The notes: generated from the sequence alone by a model not told the origin. DNA of 64,000 bases from Marsupella aquatica (GCA_973895155.1 OZ316891.1:3113801-3177800); one strand, 5' to 3'. Shown: positions 1-12,600, counted from the first letter of the stretch. Numbers and translations: made by a program.

Positions 1-54
1 CGGCTCCCGCCGGCTAGTCCTTACGACAACTTTTTAAAGGCTGCCGGCTGCTAG
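1..54 (+). CDS. Possible 3' end of a coding exon running in from the left (RLPPASPYDNFLKAAGC*)
   Basis: Frame 1 is open from base 1 to TAG at 52-54. The peptide looks like a protein C-terminus, but the family is not identified. Confidence 0.35.
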   Translation, partial: RLPPASPYDNFLKAAGC

Positions 55-1359
55 AAGTGCTGATTACATTGTCTAGACCATTGACCGATGAGTGACTTCC
101 GCAGCGATGACTTATGCTGCAGTGGATGGCCAGCATAGAACCTGCGTGACACTGGTGAGCTCTGCCCCTGAGGTACTCTGAGTTTTCATGCTTTGGTCAT
201 AACATTTATTGTGAAGATTTGCCTATGACAATGTTGAAGCCAACATTTATGTGAGTTTCCTGTCCACTGAGAAGCGAATCACAAGAGGCAGATATTCTTT
301 TGCAGGAATATTGTGCGAGACTCCCGACACTGCCGAATAATGTGCGACGAAGTTTGTCTAGTCTTGTGGTCCCTTTCGCGATATAACACTACAATTTCAA
401 TCAAGGCCGACATGAAATTATCAAACTCATTCAATTGAATGTATATTAGAGAGCAGAGGTTACAATAAAACACGCACCTGAGTAAATTTATGAGGGTATA
501 CCATTAGTCTACCCGGTAGAGACTGTATAGTAAAGTTTTTCAAGTAGGAAAAACTGCTGCGGATATGGTCGTTGGCGTGTCATTCTTTGTAGATAATTTA
601 CTCTTTTTGTACTAAATATTTATTTCAGTGTCCTATGAGAGTATGGCAGTGACACAACTTTGAGAAAGTTACATTATACGTTAGAGGAGCGGGTCGAAAG
701 TTAGAAACTTGGCAACACACGTCAGCCTGTTTGCTAACTGGAGACCACCTTGCGGTGCGGGTGTTGAGATTATAATCGATCAGTATGATTTCTAGAAACT
801 TTTACAAGTTGTAAAGGAAGCAACGTTGTGGGCGTGCTGTCATTGGTTGAAGCTCTTCAAGATAGCCCCAAGCGAAATTCAATAGCCTCACTGAGTTGAT
901 CATATGATTGATTTGTATGAGCGCAGTGAAGTTATGTTAACTATCTGTTAATCACCATGGTAAGTTGACCATTTCACCATTATATCCAACAGACATTGCA
1001 TGTGTCTTGCTGAGATGTGTCTCGTTGAGATATTTGAGATGTTCTCAAATATTTCCTGACACCAATCTTATCAAGTGAGTTCTGTCTGCAAGTTGCAGTT
1101 GTCAGTCATGCTGCAACAGAACTGACATGGATATTTGGGCACTTTTGCTAATCCTGCTGTGGATTGCTAGTTGTTCGAGATGTTGTTTTTTGCAAAGCTG
1201 AGCAGAAAAAATGTGAAGCTAACGAAGGTGTGAAGCTGGATCTCGACGGCTCAGAGGTACTTTGGCTTGCTTCCGAAATTTCCGTGGTTGATCTCACGAG
1301 CATTAGAAGTGACCTGGACCCTGCAGTGGGAGGTGAGCCTAAGAAATGGAACCGAATTG

Positions 1360-1459
1360 GCTGAATTGACTCCTATAATGGCCGAATTGACTCCTATAAT
1401 ACACAGTTGCTGAATTGACTCCTATAATGGCCGAATTGATTCCTATAATACACAGTTGC
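1360..1459 (+). repeat. Nested tandem duplication (2 x ~49 bp, each containing 2 x gaattgaYtcctataat) at a Helitron 5' end
   Basis: gctgaattgactcctataatggccgaattgactcctataatacacagtt occurs twice, starting at about 1360 and 1409. Confidence 0.85.
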
Positions 1460-2286
1460 GCCACTTTTGAAGTGGTTGTCATTCAAATTTGGAGAGGCTT
1501 TTTGAGTGAAAAAAAAGTGAAATGTAAAAAGAGAAACCAATAAGAGAAGAGAAAGTAATAAGAGAAAATAATTATGTTTTGTGTGAACATGCTTTTCCAA
1601 GCAGGACAAAGTATTTCACTTTACCATCCATGCTACCCCATGCTCCTCCCTATACCATCCATGCCAATCATGCATACAAAGTGCTCTTCCCTCTACCATC
1701 CATGCCATATCATCCATGCAAAGGAAGTCCTCCCTTTACCATCCATGCCAATCATGCATACACAGTGCTCCTCCCTCTACCATCCATGCCATACTATGCC
1801 CCATGCCATATCATCCATGCAAAGAAAATGTTGTATTGGATCATGAGAGGAGTTTTAATGATAAATATTTTACATAATCAAAAAAATAGTGCACAATCTA
1901 ATCATGAGACAAAAACAAGACAAGAAAAATAGTGAAAAAGAAGGAAGGTTTAAAAGATATAAATTACAAAAACAATTTAAAAAATCATTCTCATTTTGTT
2001 GTAATTTGATGGTGGTTGTAGTCTCTCTTTGTGTTATGACATCTTTCAATTTTATTTACGCAAAGAGATCTTTCTAACAAAGATATATTTTGCACCATGA
2101 TATTTTCAATTACATCCTTAGCACAACGTCATCTATTACGCATTGACGTCTTTCACTGAATAACTATATTTTGGGTGACATGACATTTTTTCTTTTAACG
2201 ACATCTTGGGCATTATGACATTTTTTCTCTTAACGACATCTTGGGCGTCACGACATCTTTTGTGCAACGCATGGGTATTGAGCTCG
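1441..2286 (+). mobile_element. Degenerate non-autonomous Helitron, same family as 55004-58066
   Basis: The 5' part (tcctataatacacagttgcgcc...gtcattcaaatttggag...aaccaataag) matches 55004-55115. The 3' part (acgacatcttttgtgcaacgcatgggtattgagctcgt) matches 58030-58067, with CTAG mutated to CTCG. Confidence 0.7.
1620..1822 (+). repeat. Minisatellite of ccatccatgcca-type units with a ~105 bp higher-order duplication, inside the Helitron
   Basis: accatccatgccaatcatgcataca..gtgctc.tccctctaccatccatgccata is repeated. Confidence 0.8.
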
Positions 2287-2837
2287 TTGGCTATGATGGT
2301 GTCTTTGTGGACAAGCAAAAGGATTAGTAGGATGTGCACAAGTGATGGGAGCTCGAAACAAGTGGTTGAGACTTGTGTAACATGTTAAGCCAAGAAAGGG
2401 TCATGTGTAACATGTTAAGCCACATACATGGCTCCTTCTACTTTCAAGGAAAGACATAAAGATCAATTTGCTTAGGAACATTTGACAAGTTTGGCTTTTC
2501 TTACCATAGGACAATTCTCCTCTGTTTCTAGAAAAAGTAGTAAAAATAAAATCTCTTAAATCTTTAAGAACAATATGGACAATAATAACCCTTGCAAACT
2601 CTAACTAAAGCTCTCATTTTGGGGGATGTGATAGTCATGGGTTACTATGGCCTAACTATATCCTTAACTCCTTGCAAGATTTTCTCTTGGCATATTCCTG
2701 AACTTTATGGGAGAGAATGCCCATAGCACTCGGTGCAATGGCATTTTGCAATTTGGCATGGAAGCAAAAGCAAAATCTGACCAATCTGGACATCTTTAAA
2801 TGTGACGAAAGGAGAAAAATTGCATAAGTGGAAAATC

Positions 2838-3424
2838 TGTCACAGGTTAGTGTATTAATGCTTTGTTACCGGGGCATTACGGGCAATAATAATAGCCCTT
2901 CAAAACTTAGTCTAATGTCCTCTTGTTGTGGGCATTGTAGCACACAAGGCACTACTTTCACAATAGGAGGTCTGTTGTGAGCATACACATCGTTACACAA
3001 CATACATTGCATGTCACACATATACAAACATAAGCACAAACTAACACAAGAGAATGGGCTACAAGTGAAACTCATGTCCACACATGTCTAAAACCCACAA
3101 TAATCTTCAATGAATCCGAATAGAAATCGATGCCAACAATACACAATCAATCCCGCCCGATCCGATGACACATGTATGTCAAGCCAACACACCTTGCTCT
3201 CAAGGAATCGATGTTCATAGAAGGAGCTCTCAAACACCATAGCCACAACTCAAGCTCCCCTCTCCAAGGCTTAACATCAAAAGATAATCTTTTGATGCCT
3301 TACAATGGGAGAAATACTCTCCACACAAACCCAACTGAACCCTATCAGCTCATATAACACACATACAAAACCTACAAACCTAGATAGTATGATATGCTAT
3401 AATACTACCTAGAATGGTGTGACA
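2838..3424. mobile_element. Possible solo LTR
   Basis: Bounded by TGTCAC (2838) and GTGACA (3419-3424) inverted ends; 587 bp; no matching TSD. Confidence 0.3.
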
Positions 3425-4065
3425 TGTCTCAAAGCTGGCAATTTGATGTACATTAACTCCCTAGTTATGGGTTATGGACACACAAAATTATGAACTACAA
3501 AGTTCATAGTTCATAACTTTTTGTTATAAGGATTGGTTAAGTGCCATAACCATTAGTCCCAGGGCCTGTAGAGGCTGGTGAAAGAAAAGAAAAACTTTTA
3601 CACAGTCTTGTGAAAAAGATATGAACTTCCAAAGCCCATCATCTATCATTTCCAAGCTTGGAGACCCCCTAGTATAGTGTACTTTTTACCATCTACAAGG
3701 AATCCCCGAGTCACTGTTTGGTACCCTTCTCACAGAATCATACAAAAGTAGAAGGGCTCTTTGTGGACCAAGACAGAATATGGCAGCCAATAAAATAATA
3801 TAACTATGTCTGACAAGACTACGTATGGTTGTAATGCAAGGCGGTTTTTTAATGGCTAGATTCACTACATCCAGTCTCTCTAAACGGTATGAGTCACTTT
3901 TCACACAAATTAGCTAAATGTTTTGTAACCCATTCTCCTTTCCCCATGTAGCCACAAAACCCCCATTATCCAGAATCTAAGAGTCCTCCATAGATCCAAG
4001 GAGTCAGAAATTAACCTACAAGAATTAGATACCAATCATTCCTAGCACCTTCTCTTGACACAATA

Positions 4066-4372
4066 TAACATTAGCCACACTGGCAAAAACGGAAAACCTT
4101 AAAAGTTTCAAGCTCCTTTTTAAGAGCAATAAGCTACTAGGCCAACAATAAGGTAACATTAGCAACTGGTGAAAAAGAAAAACCTTAAAAGTTTCAAGCT
4201 CCTTGAAGGTCAAGGACAAGGTGACATTAGCCACACAGGCAGAAAAGAAAAAACCTTAAAAGCATGAAGCTCCTGCCAGGCCACCACCAAGGTAACATTA
4301 GCCACAGCAAAAAAGGAAAAACCTTAAAACTTTGAAGCTCCTGCAAGGCCAGTGTACAATGAGGTAACATTA
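4066..4372 (+). repeat. Tandem array of ~70-88 bp units (about 4 copies)
   Basis: Recurring acattagccaca...aaaa..gaaaaccttaaaa.ttt.aagctcct. Confidence 0.85.
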
Positions 4373-5944
4373 GGGCATCACAAAGCTACAAAGTTGAGGA
4401 GGATGGATTCTGGTCATAACAAATGGCCATAACCTTTTCATAGGGTTATGTAAGAGTTTTCTTTTCTTTTTTTGTTTCACTAGCCTCTAAAGTGACTTAC
4501 GATCATGGCATATGAACAATCTTTATGGCACAACGTTATGGATTAGGACAGGAATGAGCTATAGCCGGGCAGGGAATAGACCCTTCTATCTGGGCAGGTG
4601 TGCATTAAGGTCCATCAAATTTTAGAGAGTCTCAAAGCTTTAAAATTAGAGATGATGGCTTTTGGCCATAACAATGAATTGTCATAGCTTTTCCACAAGG
4701 TCATGCAAAAGTTTTAAGTATTTATTTTTTCACTAGATGCTAGAGTGAATAATGGTAAAAGCATACAGCCAAAAGTTATGAACTATGAATGAGGTAGTCT
4801 ATATATAGCTGGTTAATCCTGGAACTTGTTTGCATTTTGTCTTGTAGTGGAAACACTAAATAAGCGTGTACAAGTTTAGGGTGTATATGAGTGAGGGATG
4901 TATACAAGTTTAGGGCTGCGAGTTTAGGGCAGCAAGTGCTGAAACCACTGGATGACCAAGGGCCAACTCGCATGTGATCATGCGGCCCTTTGTGCTCCCA
5001 ATACTTTTGGGAAAATGTAGCACTTCTATGATCAGACAATCTAACACAAATCTTGGTCTGTACTTCCCAACAGGAGAGAGTTTGTAACAAGTGTATAGTC
5101 TTTTCCACAAGGCAAAGGTCAGGACCTGCAAGGCTGGAAACTTTCGGGTCCTTGCCCTTGGGACCCCACAAAATATGCAATCAGGCCTGGCGCATGAGGG
5201 GGTACTGCCCAAAACATCTGGTTCATTCACATCCTCACACTACTCACGTGAAGGCCGTTTTTTGAAAGACACTTCACATGCGTGTTGGCCCTAATTAGGG
5301 CCGCACGTCTTGCATGTGCAAGGTCCTTTCTTTTCTGGCCCTCAAGTGAATCCGTGTCATTTCAAAATGCTATGACAACAAGGCAGTCCTAAAGGTATAT
5401 TATGTGGGGAAGCAAGGGCAAGGGCCGGAAATTTTCTGGCCCTTGAGGTCCTGAACCTTCAAAAGAAAATACAAGAAAAGTGTAGCCATTATACGTGTTG
5501 ATCAATGACTTCTCGCTGTATATATTTCCCGTGTAGTTGCTCCATGCTATCTGCTCATGGTGTTCGCCCTGCAAACTTCACTGACCCTGCATATGGCTTT
5601 CTTCAGTTGATACATGTCTCACGTCTATGAACACACAAACACAAAGAGAGGTGCAAATTAAATTGAAAAAGAAGAGCATAGTGGATTGAAGGCTGCAAAT
5701 TGAAGGTTGGGAATTGAATTGGTAAGACTGTGAGCATTGTTGCATCCTGAGTTCAGAAGTTGGCAAGAAGAGGTTGTGGTTCTATCTGGCTTTTAGGTTG
5801 CGCAGAACCTGTGCAAGATGAGCACAGCTAGAAATTTTACTACCAACAGAAAGTGCAAGATTGGCAATAGGTAAGGTTTGCAGACTTGCAGATCCTTTTG
5901 TTGCTATCATATACAAAACACTATGGAATTTTGCCTTGCCTTTC

Positions 5945-6118
5945 TTTGACATTCAATTTGAACCTTATCCCGATCGATAGCGTTGTGGTTGTCAGACACT
6001 GTGGCCTTGCTGACATTCAATTCAAACCTTATCCCAAAAGATAGTGTTGTGATTGTCATACACTTTGGCCCTGTTGACATTCAATTCGAACCTGATTCCC
6101 AATCGATAGTGCTGGGAT
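5945..6118 (+). repeat. Tandem repeat, ~64 bp x ~2.7
   Basis: tgacattcaatt.gaacct.at.cc....gatag.g.tg occurs at ~5947, ~6011 and ~6076. Confidence 0.85.
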
Positions 6119-7949
6119 CTTGCTCAAAACAATCCATACCACAGTGCAATGCTCTATGGTATTTTGCAGTGCAGAAACGCCAGCCTTGAACTGTTTTATC
6201 ACTTGTTCAAAACAACCCATACTTGTCGAGTTGCTTAAGATATGCTTGCTCAAGCACAATTGCAGTGAACTAATCTAAACCAAGTGCAAAGTAGAAAGGG
6301 TCACCCATAATTGATCATAAAACACTCTGAGTCCAAGTATGGGCCGTGTCACTTCTCCTCACAAAGTGCCAACGTGCAATTGGTACTTGAGGCTACCAAC
6401 AAGTACAGCACAGACTACCTATGGGTTAGCTTCTCGTGCACATCATAAGCTAATTTGTGGGTAGGCTATCTATTCAATCATACATGTCCAATAGTACAGG
6501 ACCATCAACTCATGACCATAATGTTATTCTTGTGAGATCTAGAAAAAAAGTTTGTTTGAATAGTGATTCTTTGGACCTTGGCCCTTGAGCATTGGATCAC
6601 TACCTTGCTCAATAGAAACCTCAGAGTTAGATACACAGAAGGTTGTATTTATTAGACCTAGTATTGACAATATTCTTTCTATATCATGACTTCATTTCTT
6701 CCATGGTGCTGTTGCTTGATGCTGCGTGCTCTTTTAGCCTCCAAATGTCATTCAATTTTTTGCTTTGCTACTAGGTTTTTCAGTTGGCTGTGGACATGCG
6801 GCTGTCAGTTCCGTGGTTGTAGAGAGACTAGTTGTTTGCAATGGAGGCTTACAAATTTGTTGGTAGATTGAGCTGTTGCGGCTTCAAGCAATGAATCTGT
6901 TAGGTTTGGAGTTCTATTACCTTGAAGGCCAGGGAGGCACTAAGACTCCCAAGTGCTCCCCAACTTGGGAGTTGATATCCTTGAGTAGGATGAATGATTG
7001 GATTGAGTTCTGTTCTGTTGTCACATGCTTAGTGGGCTATATAGAGACTACACTTTGAAGTAAATGAAGAGCTATGTAGTGCAGGTTGAAGCTTTGAATC
7101 TATTGTATTGGAACCTTTTCTTCTCAGTGTATTGTGCTTTATTTTTAAAACTCTAGGCTGGACACAGAGACCTCACTGTGTTGTGCTACTGTAGTTTTTT
7201 TTTACTCCTAGCTGTGTCTAGTCCTTGTCTTCGAGAGAGTGTGCGGAGCTTGACCTAGGTTAGTGTTGTGGCCAATGATTTATACATTTGTGGAGAGAGT
7301 TGTGCGTTTAGATGGGTTTACTCTACTTGGAAGGCTGTCAAGTGTTCACTAGACATTGCAGGGTTCAATTCCCTGACAGAGTATTTTAAGTGCTTGGGTG
7401 TCTTAAAGAGTGAAAACCAAGGCAAAAACAAACTTAAGAAAGATCCAACTGCAGCTAGAAGCAAAAAAGAAAAGCAATTGCATCACGCATGTCTCGGCAA
7501 ACATTTCTGCCATTGCACTGATCTGGTTTGTGTGAAAACAATTGTCTGAGGAAAAAATTCCCGGGGTTGTTGGGGATTTGGGTTAAATGTAACCTTACAT
7601 TTTCCTAAGAGGGGTAAAAAATGAAATCAAAGGCAAGGATTATTTTTTTAGCACAAGGGGTTCGAAAATCATCCATATGGCAAATATTTCAATAAGTGTC
7701 TTATTGTAAGAGCACATTAAGATTCTAGTTTATGCTAAAATAAAACATGAAAAAAAGTTTACAATGGTTTGCCATATGTAGCATCGGAATTTTTTCATAG
7801 CATAAAGTTAAGTTGTGAACTATGAATATGGTTCTATAAATTTTTGTGTCCCTAACCCCTAACTAGAATATTTTTTATAACAAAAAGTTAAGTTATGAAC
7901 TATGAATATGGTAGTCCATAAATTATTGTGTCCCCTAACCCCTAACTAG

Positions 7950-8215
7950 AAAATTAGGGTTCATCAAATTTGGAGCTTTGAAGCACGCTACTAAAGACAA
8001 ACAAAAAAATAAAGAAAAAATTAGGGTCCAACAAATTTTGAGCTTTGAACCCGCACTACTAACGATAAAGAGAAAAATAACTAAAAAATTAGAGTCCATC
8101 AAACTTTGAACTTTGAACCACACTACTAACGATAAACAGAAAAATAACTAATAACTTAAGAAAATTGGGGTCCATCAAATTTTGAGCTTTGAACCGCACT
8201 ACGAACGATCATGAG
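7950..8215 (+). repeat. Tandem repeat of ~60-75 bp units x4
   Basis: gtccatcaaattttgagctttgaaccgcactactaacgata-like unit repeated 4 times. Confidence 0.85.
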
Positions 8216-8380
8216 AAAAAACGAAGAGAGAAAAAGAAGAAAAAAAGTACTGTACTAAACTCGTGCAAGGCCAACATTTTGTTCATTTGTTCTGTTCCTT
8301 GTGCATGCGTGTCGTACCGTGAAGTGGCGATGGCTACCCGTACCGTTTAGTTGCCGAAAGCGGCATCGCGCGAAAACTAT

Positions 8381-8468
8381 GGAAAGCAAAGGAACTGAAA
8401 GGAAACGAAAGGAAAGGAAACGAAAGGAAAACGAAAGGAAAGGAAAGGAAACGAAACGAAAGGAAAGA
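8381..8468 (+). repeat. (GAAAG/GAAAC)n purine-rich microsatellite upstream of SPY
   Basis: gaaaggaaacgaaaggaaaggaaacgaaagg... is directly visible. Confidence 0.9.
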
Positions 8469-9633
8469 GCGCTATGAACGCAAACGCGAAGAACAGCGAA
8501 GAAAAGCGAAGGAGGGAGGGAGGGAAAGCATCTTGCCGAGTTCTCTTTGCTCTGCATGCCACACTTTTCGCTCCGCAATCGTTTGCTTTATCAGATCAGC
8601 AGGCGGCCGCTCTTTCTGCTATGCATCGCCTTGCTCAATGGGATCTGCAGGCTCCAATTCCGCGTAGTAGAGGAGGAGGGAGGAATCTCGTTTGGAGTTG
8701 ATTGATTGATTGAGCTTGTCGTCGGGTTTCCCGCCTCGAGGACGGGCTTGTGGCTCCATCGCCTTGCTCCAATGGATCGGCGGACACGCAATTTTGCGGA
8801 TTGGAGGAGGGAGTGCAGTATCGTTCCGAGTTGATTGATTTAGCTGCGTCCTTCTTTCACCGCTTCGAGGAAGCGAGTCGACAAATCGCCTGGCATCAGA
8901 CCGGGAGGCGTACAAATTTGGCGGAGCAGGAACTTCAGTCTTGCGTTCGTAATTGATTAATTTGTTAGCTGTGTCAAATGCCCTTCCGTCCAATTTTGCG
9001 GGGTAGAGGAGGGACTGCAGTTTCGTTCGGAGTCGATTGATGAGCTACGTCGCCGGGTGGTTGTCTCCAAAGACGAAGGGCCGAATAGCGCATCGTGCAG
9101 TACCGCGTCGTGTGGCATTGTTTGTGTTTTCTATTGCGGTGGAAGTCCGAGTAGGGACTGCAGTCTCATTCGTAGGTGCTTGATGAGCAGCGTCGTCGGG
9201 TTCCTTCTCTATTATTTGGGGAAGGGCTGACCGTACTCCGCTGCGTGAAATTGTTCGTGTTCTCTATTTTTTTCTCCACGGTGGTGCTCCATCATCCGGA
9301 CGGCTCTTCGGCCCGGCCGGCGTCTCCGAGTGATGAGCAGCAAATAGCGCCGTCAACGGCCGAAGCCACGCTGCATTCGTCAAACGGGCTCTACGGGACG
9401 CTCGCTGCTAAGCTGGACTAGGGACGTGCACGTTCATCCATTGGCAAGCTTGTGGTGGCAGGAATAATGGCATCGAGGGAAGTGCGGAAGCCGTTCACGA
9501 GCAGCATACCAATCGACGGCAGCAGCAGCAGAAGCGGCGGCCTCAAGCTTGCAACCGCAGGCTCAGGCTCACCCTTGCCATTTACTTCTTTGTAGCGCTG
9601 TTGTAATAGCAAGCCGGGGGCGCTTTTGGACAA

Positions 9634-12600
9634 ATGGCGGCTAATTCGGGGGATGATCTTGATGCGGACGTACGTACCATTCTGCCATTCAGACAGTCTT
9701 GTGAGCCATCTTTTAGACTTACCTGCTTGTGAGAGAGGTCTTTCAGTCGCCGGCAGCGTCTGCGAGAGACCGGTAGCACGAAGACTTTAGAGTTGAGCAT
9801 GGAGTGATGATGATTATTTGTGCTGATGTGCGTGCAGGTTTATAAAAAAACGTTGCTCCCAGATCCTGGCTACAAGGCTACGCCCGAGAATCTGGCTGTC
9901 GTCCTAACAGACTTGGGAACCAGTTTGAAGTTAGCGGGAAATGTTCAAGAAGGACTGCAGAAGTACTACGAAGCTCTTAAAGCTGACGGTCGATATGCAG
10001 TGCGTACCTTACCTGACCACAAGTAATGAACTGGAATGCTGCTAATCGCAACATGAAAATATAGTGTTACAGACCTGTCAGTTTTTACAGCCCTTGGCCT
10101 GCTCTCCTGTTCGTGTACTCGACTTACTTCGCTATGTAGGCGAATTTTCGAATATTAGAGCTGATTAGGGTATGGAAGCATCTAACAATATGAAGGCTTG
10201 CACAATTTACTTATGGACGATTTATTTTGCTACCTCAGCCGGCCTACTACAATTTGGGAGTCGTCTACTCAGAAATGATGCAGTATGACATGGCTCTGAA
10301 ATGTTACGAAAATGCAGCTCAGCACAGGCCAATGTATGCAGAAGCGTACTGCAACATGGGTGTCATATACAAACATCGAGGTGATCTTGATTCAGCCATC
10401 GCATGCTACGAGAGGTACATTCAGATCCCTGGTCAATATGAGCTGTAGTGACCGGAAATTTAAAGTGTGCTTTACATCCCCTTCGCATATGCAGGGGAGA
10501 ATTGACCCGTGACGAGGTATAATTGAAATATTGACAAACCGTGGTATATTTGCAGATGCTTGGCAGTGTCTCCCAACTTTGAAATTGCAAAAAACAATAT
10601 GGCGATTGCTCTCACGGATCTTGGGACCAAGGTATGAGTCCATGTGGTAGTCAGATTCGGAAGGAATTTTCTGAACCCTGGACATTTTTGAGTGTTCATC
10701 ATGGGGGTCTGTGGAATTTGAAGCTTAGTAAGAAGGGGCAAGGCTGCTTTGATCAACAGGTTGATGATCCAAAACTGTTTTTTTTCTTGATCAGTACATC
10801 TATTCGTGATCTGGTAATTTTTTCATTTCGGCGCTCGGTAGTGGTCTAATATTAAAAATTGGGAATGCCTCGAACGTTGATACTCAACAAATAGATCCTG
10901 ATGGTTCCTCATTGTTCAGGTAAAGCTCGACGGCGATATTCACCAAGGTGTCGCTTATTACAAGAAAGCATTGTTGTACAATTGGCATTATGCCGATGCG
11001 ATGTACAATCTCGGTGTCGCTTACGGCGAGATGCTTAAATTTGATATGGTAAGTTAATACCATATCAAACTTGTTCACACAGCTGAATGCCCGCTACTCC
11101 CTCACAATTGCTTTGAAATTATGATCTTACATTTAATAGCGTTCACGGAGAACGTATTTTTGTCTAGAAAGGCTGGCAGCTATCGGAATGACCCCTTTCT
11201 GATTGTAGCGACGCCGTTATGTAAAGTGAAAGCTCCACAGTACCCTGATATGGAGGTGACTCAATGAAGTGAAGGGAAGAGATGGGAACCATCCTTATTA
11301 AATGTCATGTCTGAAGTTTGAGCTTATCTGTTCATCAAGAGTGCCTTCTCGACAGAATTAGACGTGTTCTGCAGTTTCAAAGGTCATAGACAAGCCATTC
11401 TTGCTTGTCGTTACTGCCCAGGAGGCTGCCTGATCTGTAGGGTGAATCGCACATATTGTGGATAGGATCCGTGAGTAATGATACTTGTTGAGAAAATTTA
11501 TGCTAATTTATGCGGATTGTCTACATGTGACGTGTTTCATTGGCGGATACTACGGTACAATCTCTTCTGTGACCTATTTTCTTACTTCGTGGAGCAGTAT
11601 TGTTATGGTTAGCTGAGCGACGCTAAGAAAACTGTTGGGTGACGAATGGAATTCGCAGGCTATTGTCATGTATGAGCTTTCTCTACATTTTAACCCGCAT
11701 TGTGCCGAGGCCTGCAATAATTTGGGTGTTATATACAAAGATCGTGATAATCTTGACAAAGCTGTGGAGTGCTATCAGGTCAGTGTGGTGCTCCCTTACC
11801 CGTACATGGATTGGAACGGGTTGGATGGACAACACTGAATTTGAACAGGTTCATATTTAAATTGGTGCAAATGTTGGCTCGTTCTTTGGTTCCGGATTTA
11901 TCACACTCTAGCTGTACAAGTTAGGTCTATCGAAGGAATGTTGAACGCTGTTTATATGTATATGGATCTCTGAGTCGACCAGGTACAAATGTGTACAGAT
12001 GGCTTTGACAATCAAGCCCAACTTCTCCCAATCTCTCAACAACCTCGGGGTTGTGTATACTGTACAGGTAACCATTTAGCTTTTTTTGGGATTCCTTCAA
12101 TGCAAGTCAATCAATTTGAGTACCTCATGTGAATTAGCATGATCGATTGCCAACCTTTCTGGTCTCAGGGTAAAATGGACTCTGCAGCAAGCATGATCGA
12201 GAAAGCCATAATGGCAAATCCTTCTTATGCAGAGGCTTACAACAATCTCGGTATATGTTACCCTTTGTCTGTTTTGGGGAGTTTGTTCTCTCTATATCTT
12301 CTGGATATAGATTCCCTTTCTGTGGCTCTGGTCATGATTATATGTCCGTTTTGTAAATGGAATTTACTAGTTCGAGTACTAATTCAAGGCCGGAGAAAGA
12401 AGTTGGCAAGGTCTCTAGAGGTGTTGTTGGCAGTCATTTTCAATGATGTGATGGGGTTGCAGGCGTTTTGCACAGGGATGCTGGAAATATTCCGCTTGCG
12501 ATTGATGCCTATGAGCGATGTTTGCGTATCGATCCTGACTCGCGCAACGCTGGGCAGGTAAGACATTTTTCCACAACCTCAATTTGCTGTGGCCTGTTTG

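Larger units (their letters stand above)
3461..7949. mobile_element. Region bracketed by ~70 bp inverted repeats, possibly a decayed DNA-transposon derivative
   Basis: ctagttatgggttatggacacacaaaattatg...ttcatagttcataactttttg (3461-3523) is the reverse complement of caaaaagtta..ttatgaactatgaa...tgtgtcccctaacccctaactag (7881-7949). A tandem copy lies at ~7800-7866 and an internal inverted copy at ~4680-4800. Confidence 0.4.
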
